This document shows positions 15,787 to 25,358 of a DNA stretch of 64,000 bases, in pieces (within the stretch, counting starts at the first letter, position 1; every line of letters starts with the position of its first letter). The notes under the pieces are model-generated. The model worked only from the letters and a program-made list of their open reading frames with translations. It was not told the DNA's origin and made no database searches. The DNA comes from an uncultured bacterium (GTDB lineage Bacteria > Fidelibacterota > Marinisomatia > Marinisomatales > JABMOV01). Where the stretch lies: contig CAYFMT010000002.1 in assembly GCA_964344305.1 (NCBI GenBank), forward strand, positions 76,310 through 140,309, read 5' to 3'. Position numbers and translations under genes: made by a program.

Positions 15787-17627
15787 GCATTTCCTTCAAT
15801 GATTTTTCTGGTAAGTGTAAAGATTTCCTGGTGCAGTGTCTCTGCTTCTTTCAACAGGGTTTCTGCAGATGAATTGGATTCTTGTACGAAATCAGTCTCA
15901 TCGTCCATCCCAGCCAGATTAATCAAAACATTTAAAACAGCACCCCTGACAGCAGCATACCCAACTTCATTGGCCACGCCGGCATCACTTACAGAATTTG
16001 GATTTCCTTTTTCTACCATTTGTTTTGCCAGTCCCATTATATCAAATGATAGGGTAGCCACCTCCAGTGGAACGGTGACTGCATAACGATTCGCTGATTC
16101 TACAGCCTCAACTTTTGCCTGTTTTTCCTCCTTTGTGCCGGATGGCAACCGGGCAGCGTTCATCACCGTATTGAATGCATTGGTGTCTTCATCCACTAGC
16201 ATGGACAACCTGCTTAAAATTTGTTGAGCCCTTTCCCCAACAGCATCCATGGTGGGCTTTATGTCAAAATACCCCTTTTTCTCATGGGTCAAAGCTGCAA
16301 CCATGGATGTGAGTGCTGCTCCCATACTTCCTGCCAGAGCGGACACACTTCCGCCCCCCGGTGCAGGACTGTTCGCAGAGCATTCTTTCACGAAATCCGA
16401 CACGGTACGTGACATGAGGTCACCAGCCGTGTGAGCTCCTACGGCAAAATCAATGATTTTCTCCTCAGGATTAAACGGAACCAATTCGTTTAAGCCCAGG
16501 GATTGTATACCTGTCTCCACTATGGTATCCAGAGGAACACCGATGGAACGGTTTTGCTTCTTGAGGTAATGCTTCCCTGCCATCACAAGTGCTTCCAGCG
16601 GTATGAGTCCCACTAGTTCACTCCCCGTCACCCGTACACCGCGAGTCTCTGCAATAGCACAGGTTTTGTCGAAAACTTCATGGATGGTGGATTGCTTGAA
16701 ATTGGTAAAGTTGATGGAAATCTGCGCACGCTGGAATTCATCGATGTACCATCCAATGGCCTTTACATCCTTGAAAAGCCCCGGACGTTTTACTGATTTC
16801 CCCGGCAGATTATCCTCTGAATAACCCACAGATTCCCAGTATTCTGCCAGGTCCAGGTCATGTTCTTCAAGACTGTGTTTTTTTAACAATTCTGTAGATG
16901 GAAAAGATTTATCACAGATGGAACATGGATAATCACCTTCCCGATAGCGAATGATATCACCATCGAGGTAATTATTTGATTCCGGATATTTCCGCCTGAT
17001 TGTACGCCCTTTTTCGCGCAGCTCGAAAGCAATATCCGTTGCAAGCCTGGCATCACGGGTGTTCAGGTTGATATTATAGGCAATGAGAAATTCACGACAT
17101 CCCATCACGGTGGCTCCTGCATGAGTCAAAAGCTGTGACGGACCAAAATCCGGTTTCCAATGAGGATCTTCCAGTTTCTTGTGTAGACCTTCATATTCCC
17201 CTTCCCGGATACGTGCCAGATTCTGACGATCGGGTTTTTGAGCTGAATGCTCATACAGGTATACCGGGATCGACAATTCTTTACCAACCCGTTGCCCCAC
17301 TCGTTTAGAGATGGCAATGCATTCTTCCATGGATACATCGCTCACAGGGATAAAGGGACAGACATCCGTGGCACCCATTCTAGGGTGTGCTCCCTCGTGC
17401 TTATTCATATCGATTACTTCAGATGCCTTTTTTATGGCAAGAAAGGCCGCCTCTTCCACCGGTTCAATTTCACCCACAAAAGTGACAACCGTACGATTTG
17501 TATCTTTGCCCGGATCTACATCCAGCAGCGTGATACCGTCAACAGATTTAATGGTATCAGTGATAGATTGTATGATTTGGTGGTCTCTTCCTTCACTAAA
17601 ATTGGGAACACATTCTACTAACGGCAT
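15783..17627 (-). CDS. ftcD: Bifunctional glutamate formimidoyltransferase / formimidoyl-THF cyclodeaminase
   Basis: The N-terminus MPLVECVPNFSEGRD is the formiminotransferase signature. The C-terminal roughly 200 aa is helical and cyclodeaminase-like (SPAPGGGSVSALAGSMGAAL). At 614 aa it is longer than typical, with an inserted C2H2-like motif. Confidence 0.85.
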   Translation of the reverse strand: MPLVECVPNFSEGRDHQIIQSITDTIKSVDGITLLDVDPGKDTNRTVVTFVGEIEPVEEAAFLAIKKASEVIDMNKHEGAHPRMGATDVCPFIPVSDVSMEECIAISKRVGQRVGKELSIPVYLYEHSAQKPDRQNLARIREGEYEGLHKKLEDPHWKPDFGPSQLLTHAGATVMGCREFLIAYNINLNTRDARLATDIAFELREKGRTIRRKYPESNNYLDGDIIRYREGDYPCSICDKSFPSTELLKKHSLEEHDLDLAEYWESVGYSEDNLPGKSVKRPGLFKDVKAIGWYIDEFQRAQISINFTNFKQSTIHEVFDKTCAIAETRGVRVTGSELVGLIPLEALVMAGKHYLKKQNRSIGVPLDTIVETGIQSLGLNELVPFNPEEKIIDFAVGAHTAGDLMSRTVSDFVKECSANSPAPGGGSVSALAGSMGAALTSMVAALTHEKKGYFDIKPTMDAVGERAQQILSRLSMLVDEDTNAFNTVMNAARLPSGTKEEKQAKVEAVESANRYAVTVPLEVATLSFDIMGLAKQMVEKGNPNSVSDAGVANEVGYAAVRGAVLNVLINLAGMDDETDFVQESNSSAETLLKEAETLHQEIFTLTRKIIEGNA

Positions 17628-17774
17628 ATTGGATCCATGATTAAGCGGTTGATAGTCGATTCAAGTACATTATGAGCCAGATAATGACGAGGATCATTCC
17701 AGCAAGCCAGGGAATGGACCGGGTTTTCCTTCGTCGATTGGGGAGGATCCGTCTGAACAGCGGTTCCCGTTCCA

Positions 17775-18407
17775 TCACACACCTGCAAACAGGAACATGA
17801 AAAAATTAACAAAAGGACTCATGATCACCCAAATGGGTGAAAACTTTGTGAAGTACCCAATGAGAATGAGCCCGAATAATATTTGGGGTCCATACATTTG
17901 CAGCTTGACCACAAGGTCAGGGTTTTTCCGAACCATGAATCCGCTGAAGATCTGGCTCCCATCCAGTGGCGGTAATGGGATCATGTTAAACATGGCCAGC
18001 ATGATATTGATCTGGATAAAAATGAATAACATAGACACAAATGCACCATGGTCCATACCACCTGCCACGGTGAGGAACCGAAACATCAATCCACCAACAA
18101 AAGCGAGAAGCAGATTGGATGCGGGACCGGCAAAGGCCACCATCATCATGTCCTTTCTCGGGTTCCTGAAGAATGCCGGATTGACAGGAACAGGCTTTGC
18201 CCAACCAAATCCAACAAATAGAATCATAATCGAACCCATTGGATCCAGGTGTGCCAGTGGATTCAGGGTGAGTCTACCCTGATAGGCAGCCGTATCATCT
18301 CCCAGTTTATGTGCTACCCATGCATGAGCGTACTCATGAAACACCAGTGCAAAAGTGAGCACCGGGATAAGCAAAACGAGAACTTCTAATGGTAATCGGA
18401 ATAACAT
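17775..18407 (-). CDS. Site-2 protease family (peptidase M50) membrane metalloprotease
   Basis: HEYAHAW (HExxH) in a TM helix and NMIPLPPLDGS (the NxxPxxxLDG motif). 210 aa. Confidence 0.8.
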   Translation of the reverse strand: MLFRLPLEVLVLLIPVLTFALVFHEYAHAWVAHKLGDDTAAYQGRLTLNPLAHLDPMGSIMILFVGFGWAKPVPVNPAFFRNPRKDMMMVAFAGPASNLLLAFVGGLMFRFLTVAGGMDHGAFVSMLFIFIQINIMLAMFNMIPLPPLDGSQIFSGFMVRKNPDLVVKLQMYGPQILFGLILIGYFTKFSPIWVIMSPFVNFFMFLFAGV

Positions 18408-18435
18408 GAATTCCCTTCAAAAAATGGGGATGAAT

Positions 18436-19329
18436 TTACCACCGGGGATGAAAGGTTTTGTGAACTTCTTTCAGATACTCCTTGTCCAGGTGCGTGTAGA
18501 TTTGTGTCGTGGATATATCAGCATGACCCAGCATTTCCTGTACAGCACGCAGGTCAGCACCCCCCTCCAAAAGGTGTGTGGCAAAGGAGTGACGAAATGT
18601 GTGTGGACTCACCGGTTTTTCAATACCAGAAACCTGAACCCATTTTTTTAGAATATTCCATATCATCATCCTTGTGAGGGGTTTTCCATTTCGACTGAGG
18701 AAAACTATGGTCTCATTGGGATTCTTTCGGATAAAATGCGTTCTGGCATGGATAAGATATGTGTTCAATCTTTCAAGCCCCTTTTTGCCCACAGGTACGA
18801 ACCGTTCCTTTTTCCCTTTCCCAATAATCCGAAGCATTTCCAGATCATCCAGGATATCGGACAATTTCAGATCGCAGCATTCAGAAACACGAAGCCCGCA
18901 GGAATACAGGATTTCCAAAACTGCCAGGTCTCTTTTTCCAAGGTGGGTTTGTGTTTCGATGTTTTCAAGTATGGAATCAATTTCCTGAATGGACAATACT
19001 TTCGGCAGTTTTTTAGGAATTTTCGGCGCATTCATCACATCCATGGGATTTTCTGAAGCATGGTTTTCTTCCACAAGCCAGTTGTGAAATGAACGAATGG
19101 AGGAGAATATTCGCGTGATAGTAGCCGGTGCCAGACCCAGGCTCGAAAGGGTTCGTATATATTGTCTCACCTGACTGTGATTAATCGCCTTTACAGATGA
19201 AACGCCCAGTGATTCTTCAAGATAGGATCTATATCGGGTCAGGTCCCGCTGATAGGCATCAATAGACTGGGACGATAGATTCTTTTCTATTTTAAGAGAG
19301 AGAAGATAATCCTTAAATACGGCTTCCAA
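18436..19329 (-). CDS. xerD: Tyrosine recombinase XerC/XerD type
   Basis: Catalytic region HTFRHSFATHLLEGGADLRAVQEMLGHADISTTQIYTH. 297 aa. XerC and XerD cannot be told apart by eye. Confidence 0.85.
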   Translation of the reverse strand: MEAVFKDYLLSLKIEKNLSSQSIDAYQRDLTRYRSYLEESLGVSSVKAINHSQVRQYIRTLSSLGLAPATITRIFSSIRSFHNWLVEENHASENPMDVMNAPKIPKKLPKVLSIQEIDSILENIETQTHLGKRDLAVLEILYSCGLRVSECCDLKLSDILDDLEMLRIIGKGKKERFVPVGKKGLERLNTYLIHARTHFIRKNPNETIVFLSRNGKPLTRMMIWNILKKWVQVSGIEKPVSPHTFRHSFATHLLEGGADLRAVQEMLGHADISTTQIYTHLDKEYLKEVHKTFHPRW

Positions 19330-19343
19330 CCGCCAACCACCGA

Positions 19344-19916
19344 TTACATTATCTCTTTTTCCAGGTACTCACAGAGTATATGACCCACAAGAATATGCCC
19401 TTCCTGGATATGCTGAGTTTCATCACTGGGTATGATGATGACATGATCAGCCAGTGAGACTGCTTTTCCACCATCCCTGCCAGTAATAAGAATGCTTGTA
19501 ATGCCATGAGTCTTTGCTGCTTTAAGAGCTTCCAAAACATTCTTAGAATTTCCACTGGTGGTGAGTGCAAGCAGTACGTCACCTGAAGTGCCCAGACCCT
19601 CAAGCTGACGAGAGAAGATCGTATCGTATGACGTGTCATTAGACCAGGCAGTGATGAAAGATGTATCCGTGGTAAGGGAAATGGATTTTATTGGTGGTCG
19701 ATGATGGTCATGAAACCCGCCTACCAGTTCAGCGGATAAATGCTGAGCCTGTCCCGCACTTCCGCCATTTCCACACCAGAATAATGTGTGTCCATTTTTT
19801 ACTGCATCCAGCAACACACCAGCTGCAGTTTCTATGGAACCCATGCATGTGGATTGCACGCTATCAATCATTGCACTGGAAGCAGTTAATCTGGATTCAA
19901 TAAAAGATTTCATCAT
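19344..19916 (-). CDS. gmhA: SIS-domain phosphoheptose isomerase (GmhA/DiaA family)
   Basis: GNGGSAGQAQHLSAELVG and the ALTTSGNSKNV SIS motifs. 190 aa. Confidence 0.75.
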   Translation of the reverse strand: MMKSFIESRLTASSAMIDSVQSTCMGSIETAAGVLLDAVKNGHTLFWCGNGGSAGQAQHLSAELVGGFHDHHRPPIKSISLTTDTSFITAWSNDTSYDTIFSRQLEGLGTSGDVLLALTTSGNSKNVLEALKAAKTHGITSILITGRDGGKAVSLADHVIIIPSDETQHIQEGHILVGHILCEYLEKEIM

Positions 19917-20677
19917 GATTTTCCATGTATTGCATCTGCAAAGGATGACATGAGTGAATACCCACCATCAGATTCGATCACAGTTCCGGTTACAATAAAG
20001 TCTGCACCTGCAGTAACTTTTTTCCTTGCAACTTCAGGAGTTCTTATACCGCCACCAACTATAATATTTGCCATTGTGCTGGATTTTACCTGTGAAATGA
20101 TATCATCATTTACCGGATTCACAGCACCACTCCCAGCTTCGAGATAAATCATTTTCATTCCTAGATATTCTGCTGCCAGCGCGTGTGCAACAGCAATATC
20201 AGGTCTGTCATTAGGCATGGGAGTCGTACCGGACATGAATTGGACGGTAGTCGTTTTCCCTCCATCAATAAGGAGGTAAGCTGTTGGTATTGTTTCAATG
20301 CCCGCATCCTTCACAATTGGGGCAGCAATTACCTGCTCGCCAATAAGGTAATGGGGATTTCGTCCTGATAAAAAAGACATAAACAGCATGGCATCGTAAT
20401 GTGGGCTGAGTTGATCGGCACCGCCAGGGAAGAATATGACCGGAATTTCCGACTGTTTTTTAATCTCAGCGATCCTGTCATGATATTTTCCATCCATCAT
20501 AAGGCTGCCACCTACAAAAATGGCATCTACGTCACTGGAATTTGCTGCCTCCACCCTTGCATCGATGGAATCTGCATTTTTCCTATCAGGATCGATCAAA
20601 ATAATATACCCTGCACCTCGTGTTTTTTTAACGTGTAGCAGGTATTCAAAGACCGATTGGATATCAGATGACCACAT
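19913..20677 (-). CDS. pcrB: PcrB/GGGPS-family polyprenylglyceryl phosphate synthase
   Basis: 254-aa TIM-barrel-like sequence. IFVGGS, IPVIFFPG, YLEAGSGA and VGGGIR match the (hepta/geranylgeranyl)glyceryl phosphate synthase family. Its stop overlaps the gmhA-like start (4 nt). Confidence 0.75.
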   Translation of the reverse strand: MWSSDIQSVFEYLLHVKKTRGAGYIILIDPDRKNADSIDARVEAANSSDVDAIFVGGSLMMDGKYHDRIAEIKKQSEIPVIFFPGGADQLSPHYDAMLFMSFLSGRNPHYLIGEQVIAAPIVKDAGIETIPTAYLLIDGGKTTTVQFMSGTTPMPNDRPDIAVAHALAAEYLGMKMIYLEAGSGAVNPVNDDIISQVKSSTMANIIVGGGIRTPEVARKKVTAGADFIVTGTVIESDGGYSLMSSFADAIHGKS

Positions 20678-21051
20678 CAGGATTCGAGAAATGCCTCATA
20701 TTCTTCAGGTGAAAGGAGATCATCCGGCTCAGAGTTTATTTCAATTTTTACAATCCACCCATTACCATAAGCATCCGTATTGATTTTCCCCGGTTCATCT
20801 TCAAGATCTTCGTTTATCTCGGTGATGATTCCATCTACTGGTGAAAATAGATCTGCAACAGTTTTAACCGCTTCTATTGTTCCAAAAGGATCACCGGTGG
20901 TGACATCCTGCCCCACTTCAGGAAATTCTATAAATATAATATCTCCCAATTCGCTCTGTGCAAAGTCGGTAATCCCCACTGTCATGATGTTGCCGTCTAT
21001 GGATGCCCACTCATGATCCTTCGTATAGTAAAATTGACTTGGAATGTTCAT
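20677..21051 (-). CDS. gcvH: Glycine cleavage system protein H
   Basis: YTKDHEW start and lipoyl-lysine motif IEAVKTVADLFSPVDG. 124 aa. Confidence 0.9.
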   Translation of the reverse strand: MNIPSQFYYTKDHEWASIDGNIMTVGITDFAQSELGDIIFIEFPEVGQDVTTGDPFGTIEAVKTVADLFSPVDGIITEINEDLEDEPGKINTDAYGNGWIVKIEINSEPDDLLSPEEYEAFLES

Positions 21052-21060
21052 AACCCCCTC

Positions 21061-22416
21061 TTATTCATCAACTGGGTTGTATTCAAATGTTTCCAGGAAG
21101 CTTGTATCAAACTCGCCGGACTGAAATCTTTCATCCGCCATAATGGCCTGGTGAAATGGGATGGTCGTTTTTGGTCCTTCAATGATGGTTTCTTCCAGGG
21201 CTCTTTGCATTCTGTTGATAGCCCGCTGTCTATCACTTGCAAAGACGATGAGTTTTCCAATCATTGAATCATAATAAGTTGGAATGTCATACCCTGCATA
21301 AGCATGAGAATCAATTCGAATACCTTTTCCACCGGGCATATGAAAACTGGTTATTTTTGCAGGGGATGGCGCAAAATTCCTGGCTGGATCCTCTGCATTT
21401 ATCCTGCATTCTATTGAATGACCACGCAATTTAATTCTTTCCAGGTAATGGGGATATTTCTCACCGGCATGCATCTTGATCTGTTGCTTGATAAGGTCCA
21501 CACCTGTAACCATTTCCGTAATAGGATGTTCGACCTGAATTCGTGTATTCATTTCCATGAAATAGAAATTCTTGTGTTTATCCAGCAGGAATTCAATGGT
21601 ACCAGCCCCGCAATAGCCTACAGCTTTTGAAGCATCTGCTGCAACACCACACATTTTCTCGCGCAATTCATCATTCACGGCGGCTGATGGTGCCTCCTCA
21701 ACAAGCTTCTGATGACGACGTTGAATAGAGCACTCACGCTCACCTAGAGCCACTGCATTTCCATGGGCGTCTCCGAGAACCTGAACCTCAATATGTCTCG
21801 GATTTTCAATGAATTTTTCCATGTATATGTCGCCATTCCCAAAGGCTGTTGTGGATTCGGCATGTGCAGTCTTATAAGCAAGATTCATTTCTGATGGTTC
21901 TCTCACAAGGCGCATACCACGTCCGCCGCCGCCTGCTGATGCCTTTAGCATGATGGGATAGCCCATTTCTTCAGCGAGTTCTTTCGCTTCACCTGGTCCA
22001 GAAATAATTCCCTCAGATCCCGGAATCACAGGAACACCAGCGGATTTCATGGTTTTCTTTGCCTGAGCCTTGTTTCCCATCGCATCAATGATATCCGGTG
22101 TTGGTCCCAGGAATACGAAATCGTTTTCTGCACAAATACGTGAAAAATTTGCATCCTCTGCCAAAAACCCGTATCCCGGATGAATGGCGTCCGCATTTGT
22201 AATCTCACCTGCGGCAATAATCCTTGGAATATTTAAGTAGCTTTCTGTGCTGGGTCCCGGACCAATGCATACAGCCTCATCGGCAAACTTCACATTGAGT
22301 GAGAATTCATCAGCTGTGGAGTAAACCGTCACTGTTTTCACCCCGAGCTCATGGCATGCACGAATAATTCTAAGGGCGATTTCCCCTCGATTCGCTATGA
22401 GGATCTTCTTAAACAT
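21061..22416 (-). CDS. accC: Acetyl-CoA carboxylase, biotin carboxylase subunit
   Basis: [24 protein letters not shown]-grasp GGGGRGMR and [14 protein letters not shown]. 451 aa. Confidence 0.95.
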   Translation of the reverse strand: MFKKILIANRGEIALRIIRACHELGVKTVTVYSTADEFSLNVKFADEAVCIGPGPSTESYLNIPRIIAAGEITNADAIHPGYGFLAEDANFSRICAENDFVFLGPTPDIIDAMGNKAQAKKTMKSAGVPVIPGSEGIISGPGEAKELAEEMGYPIMLKASAGGGGRGMRLVREPSEMNLAYKTAHAESTTAFGNGDIYMEKFIENPRHIEVQVLGDAHGNAVALGERECSIQRRHQKLVEEAPSAAVNDELREKMCGVAADASKAVGYCGAGTIEFLLDKHKNFYFMEMNTRIQVEHPITEMVTGVDLIKQQIKMHAGEKYPHYLERIKLRGHSIECRINAEDPARNFAPSPAKITSFHMPGGKGIRIDSHAYAGYDIPTYYDSMIGKLIVFASDRQRAINRMQRALEETIIEGPKTTIPFHQAIMADERFQSGEFDTSFLETFEYNPVDE

Positions 22417-22419
22417 GGA

Positions 22420-22884
22420 TTACCCGTTTTTATCGATAATAAACAAAGGCTGATTATACTCTACCGGTTTGCCGTCCTCAATAAGGATTTTCTTTATAAC
22501 GCCATTCATTTCAGACTCGATTTCGTTCATGATCTTCATGGCTTCAATGATACATAGTGTATCTCCTTTTACCACCTGATCGCCTTCCTTGACAAAGGCA
22601 GGGGAATCTGGGGAAGGTGAACGATAAAATGTCCCTGGCATGGGAGAGATTACCTGGTCTCCAGCTATGGATTCTGCTGAAACAGAGGCCGAATCTTCGC
22701 TTGTACTACCTTGCTCATTGCTGGTCACCTGAATTGGATTCGGTGTAGCCTGTACTGCAGATGAAATTCCCGGTGACTTAACAACCCTGAAGCGCCTACC
22801 CCAAAAAGTTACATCGATTTCGTTGACGCTGCTGTTTTCTAGTAAATAAATGATTTCTTTTACTTTATCCTGCCATTTTGCCAT
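22420..22884 (-). CDS. accB: Biotin carboxyl carrier protein
   Basis: Biotinyl-lysine motif [11 protein letters not shown]. 154 aa, immediately upstream of accC. Confidence 0.9.
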   Translation of the reverse strand: MAKWQDKVKEIIYLLENSSVNEIDVTFWGRRFRVVKSPGISSAVQATPNPIQVTSNEQGSTSEDSASVSAESIAGDQVISPMPGTFYRSPSPDSPAFVKEGDQVVKGDTLCIIEAMKIMNEIESEMNGVIKKILIEDGKPVEYNQPLFIIDKNG

Positions 22885-22896
22885 AGTCGTTTCCTT

Positions 22897-23454
22897 CTAC
22901 GCTTTTGAAACACGTTCCAGGTAGTCACCGGTACGAGTATCAATTTTTAGTGTGTCACCTTCATCAATAAACAGGGGAACATTCACTGAAAAGCCCGTCT
23001 CCAGCCTGGCTGGCTTTGTGGCGCCTGTTGCAGTATTCCCTTTCAATCCCGGTTCAGTTTCCACAACTTCAAGTTCAACATGGGCTGGAAGTCGCACATC
23101 AATGACTTCCGAACCATCAAACAACAAATCAACATTCATGCCACCTTTAAGGAAATTCCTCTCCTCATCGATGTGAATATTGATTTGATCATAGGTGTCC
23201 TGATCCATGAAAATACCCTGATCTCCATCATCGTATAAATACTGCATGGTCTTTGCTTCCACACGAATGTATTCTATTCGTGCTCCTGCATTAAACGTGT
23301 GATCAATAATTTTTCCCGTCTGAATATCTTTCAATTTGGTGCGAACAAATGCTCCACCTTTTCCGGGTTTAACATGTTGAAACTCCACAACTTTCATGCG
23401 CTTGTCCTTGAAAAGCATTACCGCGCCGTTGCGGATGTCGGCTGTAGTTGCCAT
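22897..23454 (-). CDS. efp: Translation elongation factor P
   Basis: HVKPGKGGAFVRTKLK loop. 185 aa. Conserved efp-accB-accC order. Confidence 0.95.
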   Translation of the reverse strand: MATTADIRNGAVMLFKDKRMKVVEFQHVKPGKGGAFVRTKLKDIQTGKIIDHTFNAGARIEYIRVEAKTMQYLYDDGDQGIFMDQDTYDQINIHIDEERNFLKGGMNVDLLFDGSEVIDVRLPAHVELEVVETEPGLKGNTATGATKPARLETGFSVNVPLFIDEGDTLKIDTRTGDYLERVSKA

Positions 23455-23521
23455 ATAATCTCCTTCAATAAAAGCCGGATAATTTACTTATGCTATCCAG
23501 CACTTCAAATTTTTGATTACC

Positions 23522-24466
23522 TCAATTCAGATGAGATAAAGTTTCAACATCATCTGAGGAGTCCTTCCATAGATGTGTTGTATTTTTCACAAAACCCAAG
23601 GCCCATTCAATATCATCCTGGATCGATAACAGTGTGGGAATATGTCGAGCATATTTTGTCAGATCACTTCGCTTTAACACATCCACAAGACTCATAAACT
23701 CCCTGGATGAAACTGGAAATAGATTCGTGGATTGTTCAATTTCCTCTGTGGTCATTTCCAGCGTTCTGATAAAAAGTGAATTTTCAACATATTCTCTCAG
23801 GATATGCGATATTTCGGTGTATACAGTTTTGCTATCCATTAGACTACTTTTTCTCAGTGCAAGCAATCGCTGGATTGCTACTTCGTCTGGATCCTGAAAA
23901 GTTCTAATGTCATGTACTTTAGAGTATTCAGCACGAATTCGTTTTCTCCACACCAGGATTAACCCTATGATAATCCCTGTCAGAATGGTCGCCAGAATCA
24001 CTTCGCGGTATGGAAATGGCAAATCAATGGGGACTGGAGGTTTGATCGGCTTCAGCCCCGACGATGCATTGGGATCTAGCACTGACTGAATAGTGAGAAA
24101 AACCGGATCGGATTTGAATGACATGGCAACAGAGCTGTCAGGATTTAACACATCGAGGGTAAACGAAGGGATGATCTGTTGACCGGTATCCCAATAGACT
24201 ATTTCAAATTCAACGCCATGAATAACAGACCCATCGGATTTTTCATGGATATTCTTCACTTCTCCTTCTGGTATGACCAAATCCGGCAATGATAATGTCT
24301 GATCTTTCAATCCCTGAATGTGAATGTTGTATTGAAAAACATCACCAATAAAACCGTATGTCGTGTCTATTTCTGATTCGAAAGAAATACTGCCTGTAGA
24401 TTTAGTATTTTGTGTGCAGGATATGAGGAAAATCAGGGTAATACTGAGAGGAAAATACTGTTTCAT
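23522..24466 (-). CDS. Hypothetical membrane-anchored lipoprotein, last gene of the MoxR operon (BatD/DUF4381-like, tentative)
   Basis: Lipobox LISC, a beta-rich N-terminal half, one central TM helix (VILATILTGIIIGLILVW) and a helical C-terminal half. The family call rests on operon context only. Confidence 0.3.
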   Translation of the reverse strand: MKQYFPLSITLIFLISCTQNTKSTGSISFESEIDTTYGFIGDVFQYNIHIQGLKDQTLSLPDLVIPEGEVKNIHEKSDGSVIHGVEFEIVYWDTGQQIIPSFTLDVLNPDSSVAMSFKSDPVFLTIQSVLDPNASSGLKPIKPPVPIDLPFPYREVILATILTGIIIGLILVWRKRIRAEYSKVHDIRTFQDPDEVAIQRLLALRKSSLMDSKTVYTEISHILREYVENSLFIRTLEMTTEEIEQSTNLFPVSSREFMSLVDVLKRSDLTKYARHIPTLLSIQDDIEWALGFVKNTTHLWKDSSDDVETLSHLN

Positions 24467-25341
24467 CAGTATCGTTTTTCCCGTCGACGAAAATAGGACA
24501 TAATGGGTTCAATATAATCTTCATCCGTCGATATTCTAATTATGTCAAACTTGTTCTTTTTGCACCTGGAAATGAAGTGATTGTTTTCATCCTCGCGGAT
24601 CATTTTGAATTGTTCCCTGTCCTTCAGGGCAGATGTATCGATCCAGAACTCCTCCTCTGTCTCTGGGTCATGGATCTTCACTAACCCGAGGTTATCCAGG
24701 TTGGATTCCAGAGGATCCACAATCTGAATTCCAATGACATCATGTTTGCGATTAACAATCTTCATGGATTGCCAGTACCCATCATCCATATAATCCGAAA
24801 TAATGAATACAACACTTTTTCTTTTTGCTACTTTTAAAATGAAATCTAGAGCTGTGCTAATAGATGTGCCTTTGCCTTCGGGTTTATAGAATAGTAATTC
24901 GCGAATCAATCGTAGAACATGACTTCTTCCCTTTTTTGGTGCAATGTATTTTTCCACTCCATCGCTGAATAGGATGGCACCCACTTTATCATTGTTCTTG
25001 ATAGCAGAGAAACCAAGAACTGCAGCAATTTCCGTCCCCAGTTCCCGTTTCTGATACTGAACCGTTCCAAAACTTCCCGAAGAAGAAACATCTACTACAA
25101 GGTAAACAGTAAGTTCACGTTCCTCTTCAAATATTTTTATGTACGGTGATCCATACCGTGCTGTCACATTCCAATCGATGAGTCTAATATCATCTCCCGG
25201 TTCATACTCCCGAACTTCAGAAAACGTCATTCCCCGGCCCTTGAATACGGAATGATATTCTCCTCCAAACAGGTCATTGACCAGACCTTTGGTTCTAATT
25301 TCAATCCGCCGGACTTTTTTAAGGATTTCGCGTGGAATCAT
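24466..25341 (-). CDS. DUF58 (vWA-like) protein
   Basis: YEPGDDIRLIDWNVTAR motif and the usual position after the MoxR ATPase. 291 aa. Confidence 0.8.
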   Translation of the reverse strand: MIPREILKKVRRIEIRTKGLVNDLFGGEYHSVFKGRGMTFSEVREYEPGDDIRLIDWNVTARYGSPYIKIFEEERELTVYLVVDVSSSGSFGTVQYQKRELGTEIAAVLGFSAIKNNDKVGAILFSDGVEKYIAPKKGRSHVLRLIRELLFYKPEGKGTSISTALDFILKVAKRKSVVFIISDYMDDGYWQSMKIVNRKHDVIGIQIVDPLESNLDNLGLVKIHDPETEEEFWIDTSALKDREQFKMIREDENNHFISRCKKNKFDIIRISTDEDYIEPIMSYFRRREKRY

Positions 25342-25358
25342 GTGGAGCCCCTAACGGA

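Noticed and set aside
18436-19329. The XerC/XerD-type tyrosine recombinase as the integrase of the accessory island
   Set aside because: It lies about 4.5 kb beyond the island boundary on the other strand, embedded among housekeeping genes. It also has the size and motifs of the chromosomal dimer-resolution recombinase rather than a phage or ICE integrase.
19913-20677. The GGGPS/PcrB homologue as a sign of archaeal contamination or a chimeric assembly
   Set aside because: It overlaps its bacterial neighbours by 1-4 nt on both sides (gcvH and the gmhA-like gene), and bacterial members of this family are well known. It is therefore native to this contig.
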